Below are positions 48,383 to 59,170 of a stretch of DNA of 64,000 bases, piece after piece. The first letter of the stretch is position 1. Every line of letters starts with the position of its first letter. Source of the stretch: an uncultured Clostridia bacterium. GTDB lineage: Bacteria > Bacillota > Clostridia > TANB77 > CAG-508. The notes under the pieces are model-generated. The model was not told where the DNA came from, ran no database searches, and saw only the letters and a list, made by a program, of their open reading frames with translations. The position numbers and the translations under genes were made by a program. The stretch is taken from contig CALXEW010000002.1 in NCBI GenBank assembly GCA_944387435.1, positions 78,951 to 142,950 on the forward strand. The letters run 5' to 3'.

Positions 48383-48919
48383 TTATTTACCTGTCTTTCC
48401 TTCTTTACGTCTAATAACTTCATCAGCATATTTGATACCTTTTCCTCTATATACTTCTGGTGGTCTCTTAGTTCTGATTTCAGCAGCTGTTTGACCAACT
48501 AATTCTTTATCAATTCCTTTTACTATAATTGTATTAGGATTTGGAACATCAAAAGTAATCCCTGCAGGTGCTTCAAATATTACTGGATGTGAATATCCTA
48601 GAGACATATTTAAGTTATTTCCTTGTTTTTGAACTCTATATCCAACTCCGTTTATTTGTAGTTCTTTGCTATATTCATTAACTACACCTACTATCATGTT
48701 ACTAATTAAAGTTCTTGTTAAACCATGTAAACTTCTATTTAATGGTTCATCATTCATTCTTATAACTTTAATTGTATTTCCTTCCATTTCTAAAGAAATA
48801 TTATTATGTATTTCTCTTTCTAATGTACCTTTTGGTCCTTTTACAGTAATGTGTTTTCCATCTATTTTAACTTCAACACCATCTGGTACTGTAATAGGTT
48901 TATTTCCTATTCTTGACAT
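48383..48919 (-). CDS. rplF: 50S ribosomal protein L6
   Basis: MSRIGNKPITVPDGVEV... 178 aa. Confidence 0.95.
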   Translation of the reverse strand: MSRIGNKPITVPDGVEVKIDGKHITVKGPKGTLEREIHNNISLEMEGNTIKVIRMNDEPLNRSLHGLTRTLISNMIVGVVNEYSKELQINGVGYRVQKQGNNLNMSLGYSHPVIFEAPAGITFDVPNPNTIIVKGIDKELVGQTAAEIRTKRPPEVYRGKGIKYADEVIRRKEGKTGK

Positions 48920-48964
48920 GTTAGGTTTTCCCTCCTTTTATATATAATGATTATAACGATTATT

Positions 48965-49363
48965 TTACCAAACGTAAGCTAATACTTCTCCACCAATTCC
49001 TAATTCTCTAGCTTCTTTATCTGTCTTTAATCCTTTTGATGTAGAAATTATAGCAATACCCAATCCGTTTAAAACTCTTGGTAATTCGTCTCTTGTTGCA
49101 TATACTCTTAATCCTGGTTTACTAATTCTTCTTAATCCATCAATTACTCTTGTTCCTTTTTCGTCATATTTAAGAGTAATTCTTATGATACCTTGTGTAT
49201 CATCTTTAATTTCTTCATAAGATTTAATATATCCTTCTTTAAACAATATTTCAGCTATTCCTAATTTCATTTTTGAGCTAGGTATATCAACTGTTTTATG
49301 TTTTGCACTATTTGCATTTCTTATTCTTGTTAACATATCTGCTATTGGATCTGTAATATTCAT
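48965..49363 (-). CDS. rpsH: 30S ribosomal protein S8
   Basis: [13 protein letters not shown] motif, 132 aa. Confidence 0.95.
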   Translation of the reverse strand: MNITDPIADMLTRIRNANSAKHKTVDIPSSKMKLGIAEILFKEGYIKSYEEIKDDTQGIIRITLKYDEKGTRVIDGLRRISKPGLRVYATRDELPRVLNGLGIAIISTSKGLKTDKEARELGIGGEVLAYVW

Positions 49364-49395
49364 TAATTACTTACCTCCTTTTCTATTCCTTAATT

Positions 49396-49581
49396 TTACC
49401 AGCTTGATTTTTTAACTCCTGGTATTTCTCCTTTATGAGCTAATTCTCTAAAGCAAATACGGCATATTCCATATTTTCTAATATATCCATGTGGTCTACC
49501 ACATAATTTACATCTATTATATTCTCTAGTTTTGTATTTTTGTGGTCTGGCTTGTTTTATTTTCATTGATTTTTTAGCCAT
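49396..49581 (-). CDS. rpsN: 30S ribosomal protein S14, zinc-binding type Z (61 aa)
   Basis: [20 protein letters not shown] motif. Confidence 0.95.
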   Translation of the reverse strand: MAKKSMKIKQARPQKYKTREYNRCKLCGRPHGYIRKYGICRICFRELAHKGEIPGVKKSSW

Positions 49582-49628
49582 AGTTTTACTCCTTTCCTTT
49601 GACTAATTATTCTAAATACTATATTTAA

Positions 49629-50180
49629 CTATTTAGCTTTTTTTGTTTTAAAAGGCATTCCTAGAAGTTTTAATAATTCTTTTGCTTCTTCGTCTGTCTC
49701 AGCTGTTGTTACAAATATAATATCCATACCTCTAATTTTATCAACTTTATCATATTCGATTTCTGGGAATATTAATTGTTCTTTAATACCCATTGAGTAG
49801 TTTCCTCTTCCATCAAAAGAATGTTCTGAAACCCCTCTAAAATCTCTAACTCTTGGAAGTGCTACATTGAATAGTTTATAAGCAAAGTCATACATTTTAT
49901 CTCTTCTTAATGTTACTTTACATCCAATGTTAACTCCTTCTCTTAATTTGAAAGCTGCAATTGATTTTTTAGCTTTTGTTATTACTGGTCTTTGACCTGT
50001 AATTTGAGTTAAATCTTTCATTGCATTTTCTAAGGCTTTTGGATTTTCTTTTAAATCTCCTAAACCAATATTTATTACTATTTTATCTAGTTTTGGAACT
50101 TGCATAACTGATTTATATTCGAACTTTTTCATTAATGCTGGAATTACTTCTTTTTCATATTGTTCTCTTAGTTTTTCCAT
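49629..50180 (-). CDS. rplE: 50S ribosomal protein L5
   Basis: 183 aa. NIGLGD...FRGV motifs and operon position. Confidence 0.95.
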   Translation of the reverse strand: MEKLREQYEKEVIPALMKKFEYKSVMQVPKLDKIVINIGLGDLKENPKALENAMKDLTQITGQRPVITKAKKSIAAFKLREGVNIGCKVTLRRDKMYDFAYKLFNVALPRVRDFRGVSEHSFDGRGNYSMGIKEQLIFPEIEYDKVDKIRGMDIIFVTTAETDEEAKELLKLLGMPFKTKKAK

Positions 50181-50199
50181 TACGCAAAAATCCTCCTTT

Positions 50200-50508
50200 C
50201 TATTTTAATTTTGCTCCACATTTCTTACAAACACGAACTTTTTGATCTTTTTCAACACTATATCCAACTTTAGTAGCTTTTCCACATTTTGGGCATACTA
50301 CGTTAACTTTTGAAGTTGGTATAGCACATTCTACTGGTATTATTCCACTTTCGTCTCCTTGACGTCTTGCTTTTACATGTTTCTTTCTAACATTTACACC
50401 TTTAACAACTATCTTTTCTTCTTTTGGTAGTACTTCTAGTACTTCTCCCTTTTTTCCTTTATCATTTCCTGATAAAACTTGAACGTTGTCTCCTTTTTTT
50501 ATCTTCAT
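50200..50508 (-). CDS. rplX: 50S ribosomal protein L24 (with C-terminal CxxC...CxxC)
   Basis: [27 protein letters not shown] motif. CPKCG...CKKCG tail. Confidence 0.95.
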   Translation of the reverse strand: MKIKKGDNVQVLSGNDKGKKGEVLEVLPKEEKIVVKGVNVRKKHVKARRQGDESGIIPVECAIPTSKVNVVCPKCGKATKVGYSVEKDQKVRVCKKCGAKLK

Positions 50509-50602
50509 TTAGAGTTTGCCTCCTTTTCTTAGAATTTTTATTTTACCTTTTTATTAATCAATATTTCTATGATATTACTATTTATTTAATTAATTAAAAT
50601 CT

Positions 50603-50640
50603 AAGGTATACAAATTTGCATCTTTAATCCGTAAAGCTCG
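50603..50640 (-). repeat. copy 2 of the ribosomal-operon spacer element (in the 162-nt rplN-rplX spacer)
   Basis: Minus strand: CGAGCTTTACGGATTAAAGATGCAAATTTGTATACCTT. Confidence 0.55.
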
Positions 50641-50670
50641 AAATATTTAACAATATTTCTCGCTAGCGGC

Positions 50671-51039
50671 TTAAAGAACTTCTGGAGCTAATGAAAGAAT
50701 TTTCATATAGTCCTTTTCTCTTAATTCTCTTGCAACTGGACCAAAGATACGTGTTCCTCTTGGTGTTCCGTCTTCTTTGATTATTACTGCTGCATTTTCA
50801 TCAAATTTTATATATGAACCATCTGCTCTTCTTAAACCGCTTTTAGATCTTACTATAACAGCTTTTACAACATCACCTTTTTTTACAACTCCGCCTGGTG
50901 TTGCTGATTTAACAGAAGCAACTATTACATCTCCTATGTTAGATGTTTTTCTGTATGAACCACCTAAACATCTGATACACATAAGTTCTTTTGCACCTGT
51001 ATTATCTGCTACTTTTAATCTTGTTTGTTGTTGAATCAT
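50671..51039 (-). CDS. rplN: 50S ribosomal protein L14
   Basis: [22 protein letters not shown]. Confidence 0.95.
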   Translation of the reverse strand: MIQQQTRLKVADNTGAKELMCIRCLGGSYRKTSNIGDVIVASVKSATPGGVVKKGDVVKAVIVRSKSGLRRADGSYIKFDENAAVIIKEDGTPRGTRIFGPVARELREKDYMKILSLAPEVL

Positions 51040-51056
51040 TTATGGTTCCTCCTTTC

Positions 51057-51320
51057 TTATTTTACAATTGCTTTTTCTACAACTTCAACTACTCTCCATC
51101 TTTTATCTTTAGAAAGTGGTCTTGTTTCCATTACTTTTACTTTATCACCTATTTGGCAAGCATTTTCTTCATCATGTGCTTTTAATTTATAAGTTCTTTT
51201 AACTGTTTTACCATATTTTTTATGACTTACACTTGTTTCAACAGCTACTACAACTGTTTTGTCCATTTTGTTTGATAATACAGTTCCTATCATAACTTTA
51301 CGAAGATTTCTTTCTTCCAT
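51057..51320 (-). CDS. rpsQ: 30S ribosomal protein S17
   Basis: 87 aa. KTVVVAVET...HDE...GD.V motifs. Confidence 0.95.
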   Translation of the reverse strand: MEERNLRKVMIGTVLSNKMDKTVVVAVETSVSHKKYGKTVKRTYKLKAHDEENACQIGDKVKVMETRPLSKDKRWRVVEVVEKAIVK

Positions 51321-51365
51321 TTAGATTTCTCCTTTCATTAATATCAAGGAATTTTATTTCCTCAC

Positions 51366-51575
51366 TTATGCTTTTTTACTTTCTGCTATTTTTCTTTCTG
51401 TTAATACAGTATTTATTTTAGCTATATCTCTTTTAACTTCTTTTATTTTCATTGGATTATCTAATCCGTTTGTAGCTAAACTAAATTTTAATTTGAATAA
51501 TTCTGTTTTTAGTTCACCTAATTCTTTTTCTAAATCTGGTGAAGACATTTCTCTAATTTTATTTATCTTCATCAT
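51366..51575 (-). CDS. rpmC: 50S ribosomal protein L29
   Basis: [25 protein letters not shown]. Start taken at ATG 51575/51572, overlapping the rplP stop. Confidence 0.9.
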   Translation of the reverse strand: MMKINKIREMSSPDLEKELGELKTELFKLKFSLATNGLDNPMKIKEVKRDIAKINTVLTERKIAESKKA

Positions 51576-52002
51576 TTTCACCTACCTTTTCAGTTTCTCT
51601 TGTTACAAATTTTGTTCTATTAGGTAGTTTGTTCATTGCTAAACGTAAAGCTTCTCTTGCTGTTTCTTCTGGTACACCAGCTATTTCAAACATTACTCTA
51701 CCTGGTTTTACAACAGCTACCCATTTTTCTGGAGCTCCTTTACCTTTACCCATACGAGTACCAATAGGTTTAGCAGTTAGTGGTTTATCTGGGAATATTT
51801 TAATCCACACTTTTCCACCTCTTTTTATATAACGAGTCATTGCAACTCTGGCTGCTTCTATTTGATTTCCTGTAACTAAAGCTCCTGTTACAGCTTGAAT
51901 TCCATATTCTCCATCTGTAACTCTATTTCCTCTTGTTGCTTTTCCTCTCATTCTACCTTTTTGCATTTTTCTATGTTTTGTTCTTTTTGGCATTAATGGC
52001 AT
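51559..52002 (-). CDS. rplP: 50S ribosomal protein L16
   Basis: [17 protein letters not shown] motif. Confidence 0.95.
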   Translation of the reverse strand: MPLMPKRTKHRKMQKGRMRGKATRGNRVTDGEYGIQAVTGALVTGNQIEAARVAMTRYIKRGGKVWIKIFPDKPLTAKPIGTRMGKGKGAPEKWVAVVKPGRVMFEIAGVPEETAREALRLAMNKLPNRTKFVTRETEKVGENDEDK

Positions 52003-52658
52003 TATTTGTCTCCTCCTTCCACTTGTCTTTCTGGAAGAATTTCTCCTTTATATATCCAAACTTTTACACCGATTTTTCCATAAGTTGTATCAGCTTCTGC
52101 AAATCCATAATCTATATCAGCTCTTAAAGTTTGTAGTGGTATATTTCCTTCTTTATAGAATTCTGTTCTAGCCATGTCTGCACCACCTAATCTTCCAGAT
52201 ACTGCAGTTTTAATTCCTAAAGCACCTGCTTTTACAGATTTTTGCATACATTGTTTCATGGCACGTCTGAATGAAATTCTTCTTTCTAGTTGACCAGCGA
52301 TATTTTCTGCAACTAATTGTGCATCTGTATCAACATTTTCTACACCTACTATATTTAGGTTAACATCTTTTCCTATTAATTTTTTAAGTTCTTCTTTAAC
52401 ACTTTCTACACCAGCTCCACCTTTTCCAATAACTATACCTGGTTTTGCAACATGTAGATTAACTTTTATTGCTTTAGCTGTTCTTTCTATTTCAATTTTA
52501 GAAATTCCAGCAAGATATAATTTTTTCTTTAAAAATTTACGGATTTTTTGATCTTCAACTAAATAATCTGCAAAATTTCTAGAATCTGCATACCATTTAG
52601 AATTCCAATCTCTAATAACACCAATTCTAAATCCTGTTGGATCTACTTTTTGTCCCAT
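52002..52658 (-). CDS. rpsC: 30S ribosomal protein S3
   Basis: [20 protein letters not shown] domain. Confidence 0.95.
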   Translation of the reverse strand: MGQKVDPTGFRIGVIRDWNSKWYADSRNFADYLVEDQKIRKFLKKKLYLAGISKIEIERTAKAIKVNLHVAKPGIVIGKGGAGVESVKEELKKLIGKDVNLNIVGVENVDTDAQLVAENIAGQLERRISFRRAMKQCMQKSVKAGALGIKTAVSGRLGGADMARTEFYKEGNIPLQTLRADIDYGFAEADTTYGKIGVKVWIYKGEILPERQVEGGDK

Positions 52659-52665
52659 ATCCTTT

Positions 52666-53031
52666 TTAAGCCTCCTTTTCTTTTAATACTATTGTTATAT
52701 GACTTGTTCTTTTTCTAATTCTAACTGCTGAACCTTTTGCTGCTGGTCTTATTCTTTTTAAAGTTGGACCTTGATTAGCATAGATTTCAGCAACATATAA
52801 GTTTTCATGTCTCATATCATGATTATTTTCAGCATTTGCTATAGCTGATTTTAATAATTTTTCGATGATTTCTGATGATGCTTTTGGTGTAAATTTAACG
52901 ATTGCTAAAGCTTCATCTACATCTTTTCCTCTAATTAAGTCTGCTACAATTTTAACTTTTCTACTTGAAATTCTAGCATATTTTAGAGTTGCTCTTGCTT
53001 CATTTTTTACAACTGTTTCTTGCTCTTGCAC
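52666..53031 (-). CDS. rplV: 50S ribosomal protein L22
   Basis: [18 protein letters not shown] motif. Confidence 0.95.
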   Translation of the reverse strand: MQEQETVVKNEARATLKYARISSRKVKIVADLIRGKDVDEALAIVKFTPKASSEIIEKLLKSAIANAENNHDMRHENLYVAEIYANQGPTLKRIRPAAKGSAVRIRKRTSHITIVLKEKEA

Positions 53032-53109
53032 TTTTATTTCCCTCCTTAACTAATAATAAGTGTAAGTAATCTCACTTTGTTAGATTGCTAAAGTTATCTA
53101 TAATAACTC

Positions 53110-53388
53110 TTATTTAACTTTAGTTGTTTTGTCTCCTGCATGACCTTTGAATGTTCTTGTAGGAGCGAATTCACCTAATTTATGTCCTATCATTTCTTCA
53201 GCTATATAAACTGGAACATGTTTTCTTCCATCATGTACAGCTATTGTATGACCTACCATTTGTGGATAAATTGTTGAAGCTCTTGACCAAGTTTTTAAAA
53301 CTTCTTTTTCTCCACTTTGATTCATAGCTTCTATTTTCTTTAATAATCTTTCTTCTACAAATGGTTTTTTCTTGCTTGATCTTGACAT
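53110..53388 (-). CDS. rpsS: 30S ribosomal protein S19
   Basis: [11 protein letters not shown]...[11 protein letters not shown]...[11 protein letters not shown]. Confidence 0.95.
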   Translation of the reverse strand: MSRSSKKKPFVEERLLKKIEAMNQSGEKEVLKTWSRASTIYPQMVGHTIAVHDGRKHVPVYIAEEMIGHKLGEFAPTRTFKGHAGDKTTKVK

Positions 53389-53489
53389 TTAAAATGTCCT
53401 CCTTTCCAAAGTTTTCTTTCCTCCCTTTTTCAAGGAAGTCAAAAAACAATTTTATCTTGTTTTTTGACTAAGCTACTTTATAAATAGCT

Positions 53490-54323
53490 TTATTTACCGT
53501 TTCTTCTCTTAACAATAAATTTATTTGATAATTTATTTTTATTTCTTGTTCTATATCCAAGAGCTGGTTTACTCCATGGAGTAAGTGGTCCAGGATGTCC
53601 AACTGGTGCTTTTCCATTTCCACCACCATGTGGGTGATCTACTGGGTTCATTACAGAACCTCTAACTGTTGGTCTAATACCCATATGTCTTTTTCTTCCG
53701 GCTTTACCTATTTTAATATTTTCATGTTCACTATTACCAACTACACCAATAGTTGCTCTACATCTAGCAAGAATTAATCTCATTTCTCCAGATGGTAATC
53801 TAACATGAGCATATTTTCCTTCTTTAGCCATTAATTGAGCACTTTGTCCTGCTGCTTTAACTAATTTTCCACCTTGTCCTGGATTTAATTCGATATTGTG
53901 GATTAATGTACCAACTGGGATACTATTAATTGGCATACAGTTACCTGGTTTAATATCAACACTTTCTCCAGATACAACTTTATCTCCATCTGTTAATCCT
54001 TGTGGAGCTATTATGTATGCTTTTTCTCCATCTTCATATTGAATTAATGCAATGTTAGCACTTCTATTTGGATCATATTCGATACCAATTATAGTTGCTT
54101 CCATGTTATCTTTTTGTCTTTTAAAATCTATAATTCTATATTTTTGTCTATTTCCACCACCATGATGTCTTACTGTAATTTTTCCATATGAATTTCTACC
54201 TGCAGTTTTCTTCTTTTTAGCAAGTAATGATTTTTCAGGTGTTTTTTTAGTTATTTCTGAAAAATCTGAAGATGTCATATTTCTTCTTGATGGTGTATAT
54301 GGTTTATAATGTTTTACTGCCAT
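53490..54323 (-). CDS. rplB: 50S ribosomal protein L2
   Basis: 277 aa. [16 protein letters not shown] and [11 protein letters not shown] motifs. Confidence 0.95.
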   Translation of the reverse strand: MAVKHYKPYTPSRRNMTSSDFSEITKKTPEKSLLAKKKKTAGRNSYGKITVRHHGGGNRQKYRIIDFKRQKDNMEATIIGIEYDPNRSANIALIQYEDGEKAYIIAPQGLTDGDKVVSGESVDIKPGNCMPINSIPVGTLIHNIELNPGQGGKLVKAAGQSAQLMAKEGKYAHVRLPSGEMRLILARCRATIGVVGNSEHENIKIGKAGRKRHMGIRPTVRGSVMNPVDHPHGGGNGKAPVGHPGPLTPWSKPALGYRTRNKNKLSNKFIVKRRNGK

Positions 54324-54385
54324 TTTCTTTTTCTCTCCTTTATATTATTTATTTTCCTGGTTTTTTCCAGATAATCTTAAGAAGC

Positions 54386-54733
54386 CTACGCTCCCATAAA
54401 TTCATCAATTGAATCTTTATATTTCTTTGTTACTTTAACAGATTTTCCACCTTTAGTTAAATATGATTTTTCTTCAGGGTTTGTATCTATTGTAACAATT
54501 GCTTTTTTCCAATCTGATGTTTTTCCCAAGTGGTAACCAACTCTTTTGTTTTTACCACTAACATTCATTGTATTTACTTTTAATACTTTTACTTCAAAAA
54601 GTTTTTCAACAGCTTTTGCTATTTCAACTTTTGTTGCTTTTTTGTTTACTTTGAAAGTGTATTTACCTTCTTGTAATTGGTCATTACTTTTTTCAGTAAC
54701 AACTGGTGCTATTATTATTTCTTCTGGTAACAT
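54386..54733 (-). CDS. rplW: 50S ribosomal protein L23 (C-terminal extension of about 20 aa)
   Basis: IIAPVVTEKS motif and operon position. Confidence 0.9.
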   Translation of the reverse strand: MLPEEIIIAPVVTEKSNDQLQEGKYTFKVNKKATKVEIAKAVEKLFEVKVLKVNTMNVSGKNKRVGYHLGKTSDWKKAIVTIDTNPEEKSYLTKGGKSVKVTKKYKDSIDEFMGA

Positions 54734-55356
54734 TATGCGTACACCTCCTCTAATTTTTTAACAGTGTCTACTGGTAAAATTAGATTTGTATATTTTAATA
54801 AATCAAATATGTTTATGTTGTTAGCAACGATTGTTTTAACACCTTCGATATTTCTTGATGACATTAAAACATTTTTATTATTCTCTGGAAGAATGATTAA
54901 TGTTTTTCCTTCAACTTTCATATCTGCTAATGCTTTTACCATTGTTTTTGTTTTGATTTCTTTTACTTCTAATTTATCAACAACTGTTAATTCTTTTTCT
55001 AAAACTTTAGAACTTAATACTGATTTAATAGCAAGTCTTTTTTCTTTCTTATTTACTGTGTATTTATATGAACGAGGTTTTGGTCCTAAAGCAATACCAC
55101 CTTTAATCCATTGTGGAGCTCTGATTGAACCTTGTCTTGCTCTACCTGTTCCTTTTTGTCTCCATGGTTTTTTACCACCACCTGAAACTTCTGCTCTTGT
55201 TTTTGTGCTTTGTGTACCTTGTCTTTGATTTGCTAAATAGTTCTTTAAAACACTGTGTACAATGTTTTCATTTGGTTCAATTCCAAATACACTATCAGCA
55301 AGTTCGATATCACTTACTTTTTTGCCTTCTATATTATATACGTCTACCTTTGGCAT
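54733..55356 (-). CDS. rplD: 50S ribosomal protein L4
   Basis: GGGKKPWRQKGTGRARQGSIRAPQW motif. Confidence 0.95.
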   Translation of the reverse strand: MPKVDVYNIEGKKVSDIELADSVFGIEPNENIVHSVLKNYLANQRQGTQSTKTRAEVSGGGKKPWRQKGTGRARQGSIRAPQWIKGGIALGPKPRSYKYTVNKKEKRLAIKSVLSSKVLEKELTVVDKLEVKEIKTKTMVKALADMKVEGKTLIILPENNKNVLMSSRNIEGVKTIVANNINIFDLLKYTNLILPVDTVKKLEEVYA

Positions 55357-55377
55357 CTCTAAGTTCCTCCTTCCTTT

Positions 55378-56010
55378 CTATTTACTTACCTTTACTGTTG
55401 ATTTTACTTTTAAGATAGCTCCTTTAGCTCCTGGAACACTACCTTTTACTAGTAATACATTTTTATCTGTATCTACTTTTACTACTTCAAGATTTTGAAT
55501 AGTAACTGTTACTCTTCCCATATGTCCTGGAAGTTTTTTACCTTTAAATACTCTACCTGGTGTTGATCTTTGTCCCATTGAACCTGGTCTTCTATGATAC
55601 ATAGAACCATGTGTCATAGGTCCTCTATGTTGTCCATGTCTTCTAATAACACCTTGGAATCCTTTTCCTTTTGAAGTTCCTTGAACATCTACTTTTTCTC
55701 CTGCTGCAAATATATCAGCTTTTACTTCATCTCCAACTTTATAATTTGCAACTTCTTCTGTTCTGAATTCTCTTAAATGTTTTTTATTTTCAACACCTGC
55801 TTTTTTGAAGTGTCCTTCTAATGGTTTATTGATATGTTTTGATTTAACATCTCCATATCCTAATTGGATACTATTATATCCATCTGTTTCTACAGTTTTA
55901 ACTTGTGTTACAACATTTCCTGCTGTTTCAATAACTGTAACTGGTATTACATTTCCTTTTTCATCAAAAATTTGTGTCATACCAATTTTCTTTCCTATAA
56001 TTCCTTTCAT
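55378..56010 (-). CDS. rplC: 50S ribosomal protein L3
   Basis: [19 protein letters not shown] motif. Confidence 0.95.
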   Translation of the reverse strand: MKGIIGKKIGMTQIFDEKGNVIPVTVIETAGNVVTQVKTVETDGYNSIQLGYGDVKSKHINKPLEGHFKKAGVENKKHLREFRTEEVANYKVGDEVKADIFAAGEKVDVQGTSKGKGFQGVIRRHGQHRGPMTHGSMYHRRPGSMGQRSTPGRVFKGKKLPGHMGRVTVTIQNLEVVKVDTDKNVLLVKGSVPGAKGAILKVKSTVKVSK

Positions 56011-56101
56011 TTTGTTTATTCCTCCTAACTATTGGCTGATATTTGAATTTACATTTTACATATCTAATGTATATCAGCTTGGTTTAATGTTTTTTCTAAA
56101 A

Positions 56102-56425
56102 TTATAATTTGATTTCAATATCAACACCAGCTGGTAACTCTAATTTCATTAAGCTATCTACTGTTTTTTGTGTTGGATAAAGAATATCGATTACTCTTTT
56201 ATGTGTTCTCATTTCAAATTGTTCTCTTGAATCTTTGTATTTGTGTGGAGAACGTAAAATTGTTACGATTTCCTTTTGTGTTGGTAATGGAATAGGACCT
56301 GAAACCTTTGCTCCTGTTTTTTTAGCAGTATCTACTATTTTTTCAGCAGACTGATCTAAAACTACATGGTCATATGCTTTAAGTCTTATTCTAATTTTTT
56401 CACTTGTTGCTACTGTGTTTGCCAT
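56102..56425 (-). CDS. rpsJ: 30S ribosomal protein S10
   Basis: [11 protein letters not shown]...SGPIPLPT...[20 protein letters not shown]. Confidence 0.95.
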   Translation of the reverse strand: MANTVATSEKIRIRLKAYDHVVLDQSAEKIVDTAKKTGAKVSGPIPLPTQKEIVTILRSPHKYKDSREQFEMRTHKRVIDILYPTQKTVDSLMKLELPAGVDIEIKL

Positions 56426-56685
56426 TGTAATTTTCCCTCCTTTTAAATATTATTTTTTTGCTTAGATAACAACATTTGTTATCAAAATTACCGTGGCAAG
56501 CTATAACGCACTCTGGTGTTTCGAATACCACCTATATAAAAACCCAAAACACGCATGATAATTTTGGGATAAGTGCTTTTATTTCTTACCGCCTGGTCTT
56601 TGCCATAACATACTCCACTAAAGTTCCCTCCACCCTTAATTCCGTAAGGACGTAGCCACATTTAGCTTCATCGCTTAATTCATGC
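56426..56685 (-). promoter_or_regulatory. S10-operon 5' leader of about 260 nt, with internal attenuator-like terminator
   Basis: GC-enriched, multi-hairpin leader. Contains CCCAAAA-loop-TTTTGGG + T5 (complement of 56538-56568), then GGTGGT...ACACC and GATAACAA...TTGTTATC hairpins before the AAGGAGGG RBS. Confidence 0.5.
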
Positions 56686-56691
56686 TTATAT

Positions 56692-56720
56692 ATTATACAA
56701 TCATTCATAACTTATGTCAA
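56692..56720 (-). promoter_or_regulatory. consensus sigma-A promoter of the S10 operon
   Basis: Minus strand: TTGACA, 17-nt spacer, TATAAT. Confidence 0.65.
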
Positions 56721-56797
56721 TAGGTTTTGCAAAAAATCCCATAATTTTTAAATTTTAATATTACATTTTCATTACAAATTAATATATTCATTAATAT

Positions 56798-57352
56798 TTA
56801 AGACTCTTTTACATGAGCAAAACTAAATAAAATCTTCTTATTATTTATAATATCAATTTTTATAATAGACATTATTGCAGAAATTAAAGAAATCACTTCA
56901 ACAATACTACTTATATAAGCCCCAACAGCTAAATTATATATAAACCACATAAGAAACATTATACTTGAACCAAACCTAATTTTTGTAGGATTATCTTGCC
57001 ATAATACCATTGTATAAATAATTGTTGCAATAGATGGTAATATACTTATAATTCCGTCATAAGTAATAATTCCCATAATTACATAAAGTAAAATTATTGT
57101 ATATAAAATATAATTTTTATTTAAAAATTTATTATCTTCTTTTTTAGTAAAAATAATTACTCGAATTAAACTAATTATATTAGTACATGCTCCTGCAAAA
57201 GCTCCTAATAATATATATTGCATAATGCAAAAAATACTATCAAATAATAAGCATAATAACATCTTTTTCTTTGTACTTTGCCAGTTACTTAACATCATAG
57301 ATAATGCACTAAACATTCCAAAAACTTGTGCTACTATAGCTATACCAGTCAT
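56798..57352 (-). CDS. YgjV-like inner membrane protein
   Basis: 184 aa, 5-6 TM helices, internally repeated. Family assignment is from recollection only. Confidence 0.45.
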   Translation of the reverse strand: MTGIAIVAQVFGMFSALSMMLSNWQSTKKKMLLCLLFDSIFCIMQYILLGAFAGACTNIISLIRVIIFTKKEDNKFLNKNYILYTIILLYVIMGIITYDGIISILPSIATIIYTMVLWQDNPTKIRFGSSIMFLMWFIYNLAVGAYISSIVEVISLISAIMSIIKIDIINNKKILFSFAHVKES

Positions 57353-57429
57353 TTAGTCTCCGCTTCCTTTTCTTGTTAAAGACACTTTAAAATGTTTTAA
57401 AGTGTCTTTATTTATCATATTATTTTTAA

Positions 57430-58386
57430 TTATCCTTTTATTATTTTATCTATTGATTGTTCTCTCATTTCTTTAATTAATTTACAGCTATGGTCTAGTT
57501 TTGCTTGTTCATCTTCTGCTAGGTCTAAGTCTAATAATTCTCTTACACCGTTACTATTTATGATTGCTGGAACACCAATATAAATATCATCTTGGCCATA
57601 TTGTCCATCTTTTAAATATGTAGATACTGTTAAAATAGAATTTTCGTTATTTAATATAGCTTTTACTAATCTATTTAAAGCCATTCCTATTCCATAATAT
57701 GTAGCTCTTTTCTTCTCAATAATTTCATATGCTGCGTCTACAACATCTTTATGGATTTTCTCTAAGTCTTCCATTGGATGATGATTGTCTTTCATAACAT
57801 CTGCTATTCTCTTGCATCCAACATAAGCATGTTTCCAAGGAACAAAAGAAGAATCTCCGTGTTCTCCCATTATATATGCATGGATATTTTTACTAGAAAT
57901 TTTTAAGTAATCTGCCATTATATAACGAAGTCTTGCTGTATCTAATACAGTTCCTGAACCAATTACTTTATTTTTTGGTAATCCAGATACTTCTGCTACA
58001 ACATATGTCATTAAATCAACTGGATTACTTGCAACAACTATAATTCCATTAAATCCACTTGCCATTATACTTTCTGTTATTTGTTTCATTATTTTCGTAT
58101 TTACTTCAGCAAGTTCTAATCTTGTTTGACCTGGCTTTTGAGCAACACCTGCTGTAATTACTACTATTTGAGCATCTTTACACTCATCATAATCTGCCGC
58201 TCTAATAACCATTTTTTGAGGTGCATATGGTAATCCGTGTGCTAAGTCCATTTCCTCTCCTTTTGTTTTATCTTTATCAATATCTATTAATATTAATTCA
58301 TTTACTCCTCCTTGGTTTAACATTGAATAAGCCATGCTCATTCCTACCATTCCTGTTCCTACTAAAACAACTTTTCCTTTTTTCAT
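57430..58386 (-). CDS. ldh: L-lactate dehydrogenase
   Basis: VVLVGTGMVGMS NAD fold, ITAG...KPGQTRL, GEHGDS motifs. Confidence 0.9.
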   Translation of the reverse strand: MKKGKVVLVGTGMVGMSMAYSMLNQGGVNELILIDIDKDKTKGEEMDLAHGLPYAPQKMVIRAADYDECKDAQIVVITAGVAQKPGQTRLELAEVNTKIMKQITESIMASGFNGIIVVASNPVDLMTYVVAEVSGLPKNKVIGSGTVLDTARLRYIMADYLKISSKNIHAYIMGEHGDSSFVPWKHAYVGCKRIADVMKDNHHPMEDLEKIHKDVVDAAYEIIEKKRATYYGIGMALNRLVKAILNNENSILTVSTYLKDGQYGQDDIYIGVPAIINSNGVRELLDLDLAEDEQAKLDHSCKLIKEMREQSIDKIIKG

Positions 58387-58543
58387 AAAAATTCAACTCC
58401 TTTTTAACTTTTTCTTGTTCACCACTGACGTATTATATCATTAATTTTATAATTTTTAAAGGATTTTTTCGAAATATTTTACTTTTTTTGTAAACTGTGA
58501 TATAATTTCCACAGAAAATAATCAAAGTAAGGAGTGCAATTAT

Positions 58544-59089
58544 ATGAGTTCTAATTCAAATAATGCTACTACTTTGGCTGAAAATAAGGTTTTAATCTTA
58601 TATATATTAAATCTTATTAATAATGATATAAAACAAGATGATTTGTTTAAATTAATTAGTTCTATTAATGACATTAACTATTTCTTTTTTAAACAAATTC
58701 TAACAGATTTAATTGATTCCAAATTAGTAGGTACATATACTAAAGAAGAAGAACAAGTTATAAAAATCACAGACGAGGGGAAAAATGCATATATTCTTAC
58801 AAAAGATGTATTACCAGGTTTATTAAAATTAAAGGCTGATAGTGTTTTTAAAAAAGAGTTTGCTTTAATAGAAAATGAGGCTTCTGTTATTGCTGAATTT
58901 ATTCCAAAAAATGAGAATGATTATACTGTAAAATGTAAAATTGTTGAAAATAATGAAACAGTTTTCGAAGTAAGAACTTTCGTTGGTTCTCGAGAAAGAG
59001 CAAAAAAAATTGTAGATAACTGGAATAATCATGCAAATTCTATTTATCCAGAAATGTTAAATTTATTACTAAAAGATGGTAACATATAA
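58544..59089 (+). CDS. DUF4364-family (PadR-like wHTH) protein
   Basis: LAENKVLILYILNLINNDIKQDDL N-terminus is typical of DUF4364. 181 aa. Confidence 0.5.
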   Translation: MSSNSNNATTLAENKVLILYILNLINNDIKQDDLFKLISSINDINYFFFKQILTDLIDSKLVGTYTKEEEQVIKITDEGKNAYILTKDVLPGLLKLKADSVFKKEFALIENEASVIAEFIPKNENDYTVKCKIVENNETVFEVRTFVGSRERAKKIVDNWNNHANSIYPEMLNLLLKDGNI

Positions 59090-59120
59090 CCACGTGAAGA
59101 ACCACGTGGTTTTTGTTTTT
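59090..59120 (+). terminator. intrinsic terminator
   Basis: CCACGTG aagaac CACGTGG + TTTTTGTTTTT. Confidence 0.6.
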
Positions 59121-59135
59121 AAAGAATATATAAAA

Positions 59136-59170
59136 GAGATGTTTTTTAGCCCCGTCCTAAAAAACATCTC
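59136..59170 (-). repeat. 14-bp AT-rich hairpin with GACGGGG loop, overlapping the stop of the 59170-59856 gene
   Basis: Minus strand: GAGATGTTTTTTAG GACGGGG CTAAAAAACATCTC + TTTTAT. Confidence 0.6.

Noticed and set aside
53231-53449. 72-aa ORF overlapping the rpsS 5' end, and 45449-45655 overlapping the secY 3' end
   Set aside because: They are out-of-frame overlaps with highly conserved genes, and they lack both an RBS and any conservation signal.
56426-56700. T-box or S-box (SAM-I) riboswitch in the S10 leader, because of AATTAAGGGTGGAGGGAAC
   Set aside because: This is only a partial resemblance to the T-box sequence (AATTAGGGTGGTACCGCG) and to the GGTGGAGGGA of S-boxes. The remaining conserved elements of both classes are missing, and the gene context (ribosomal proteins) does not fit.
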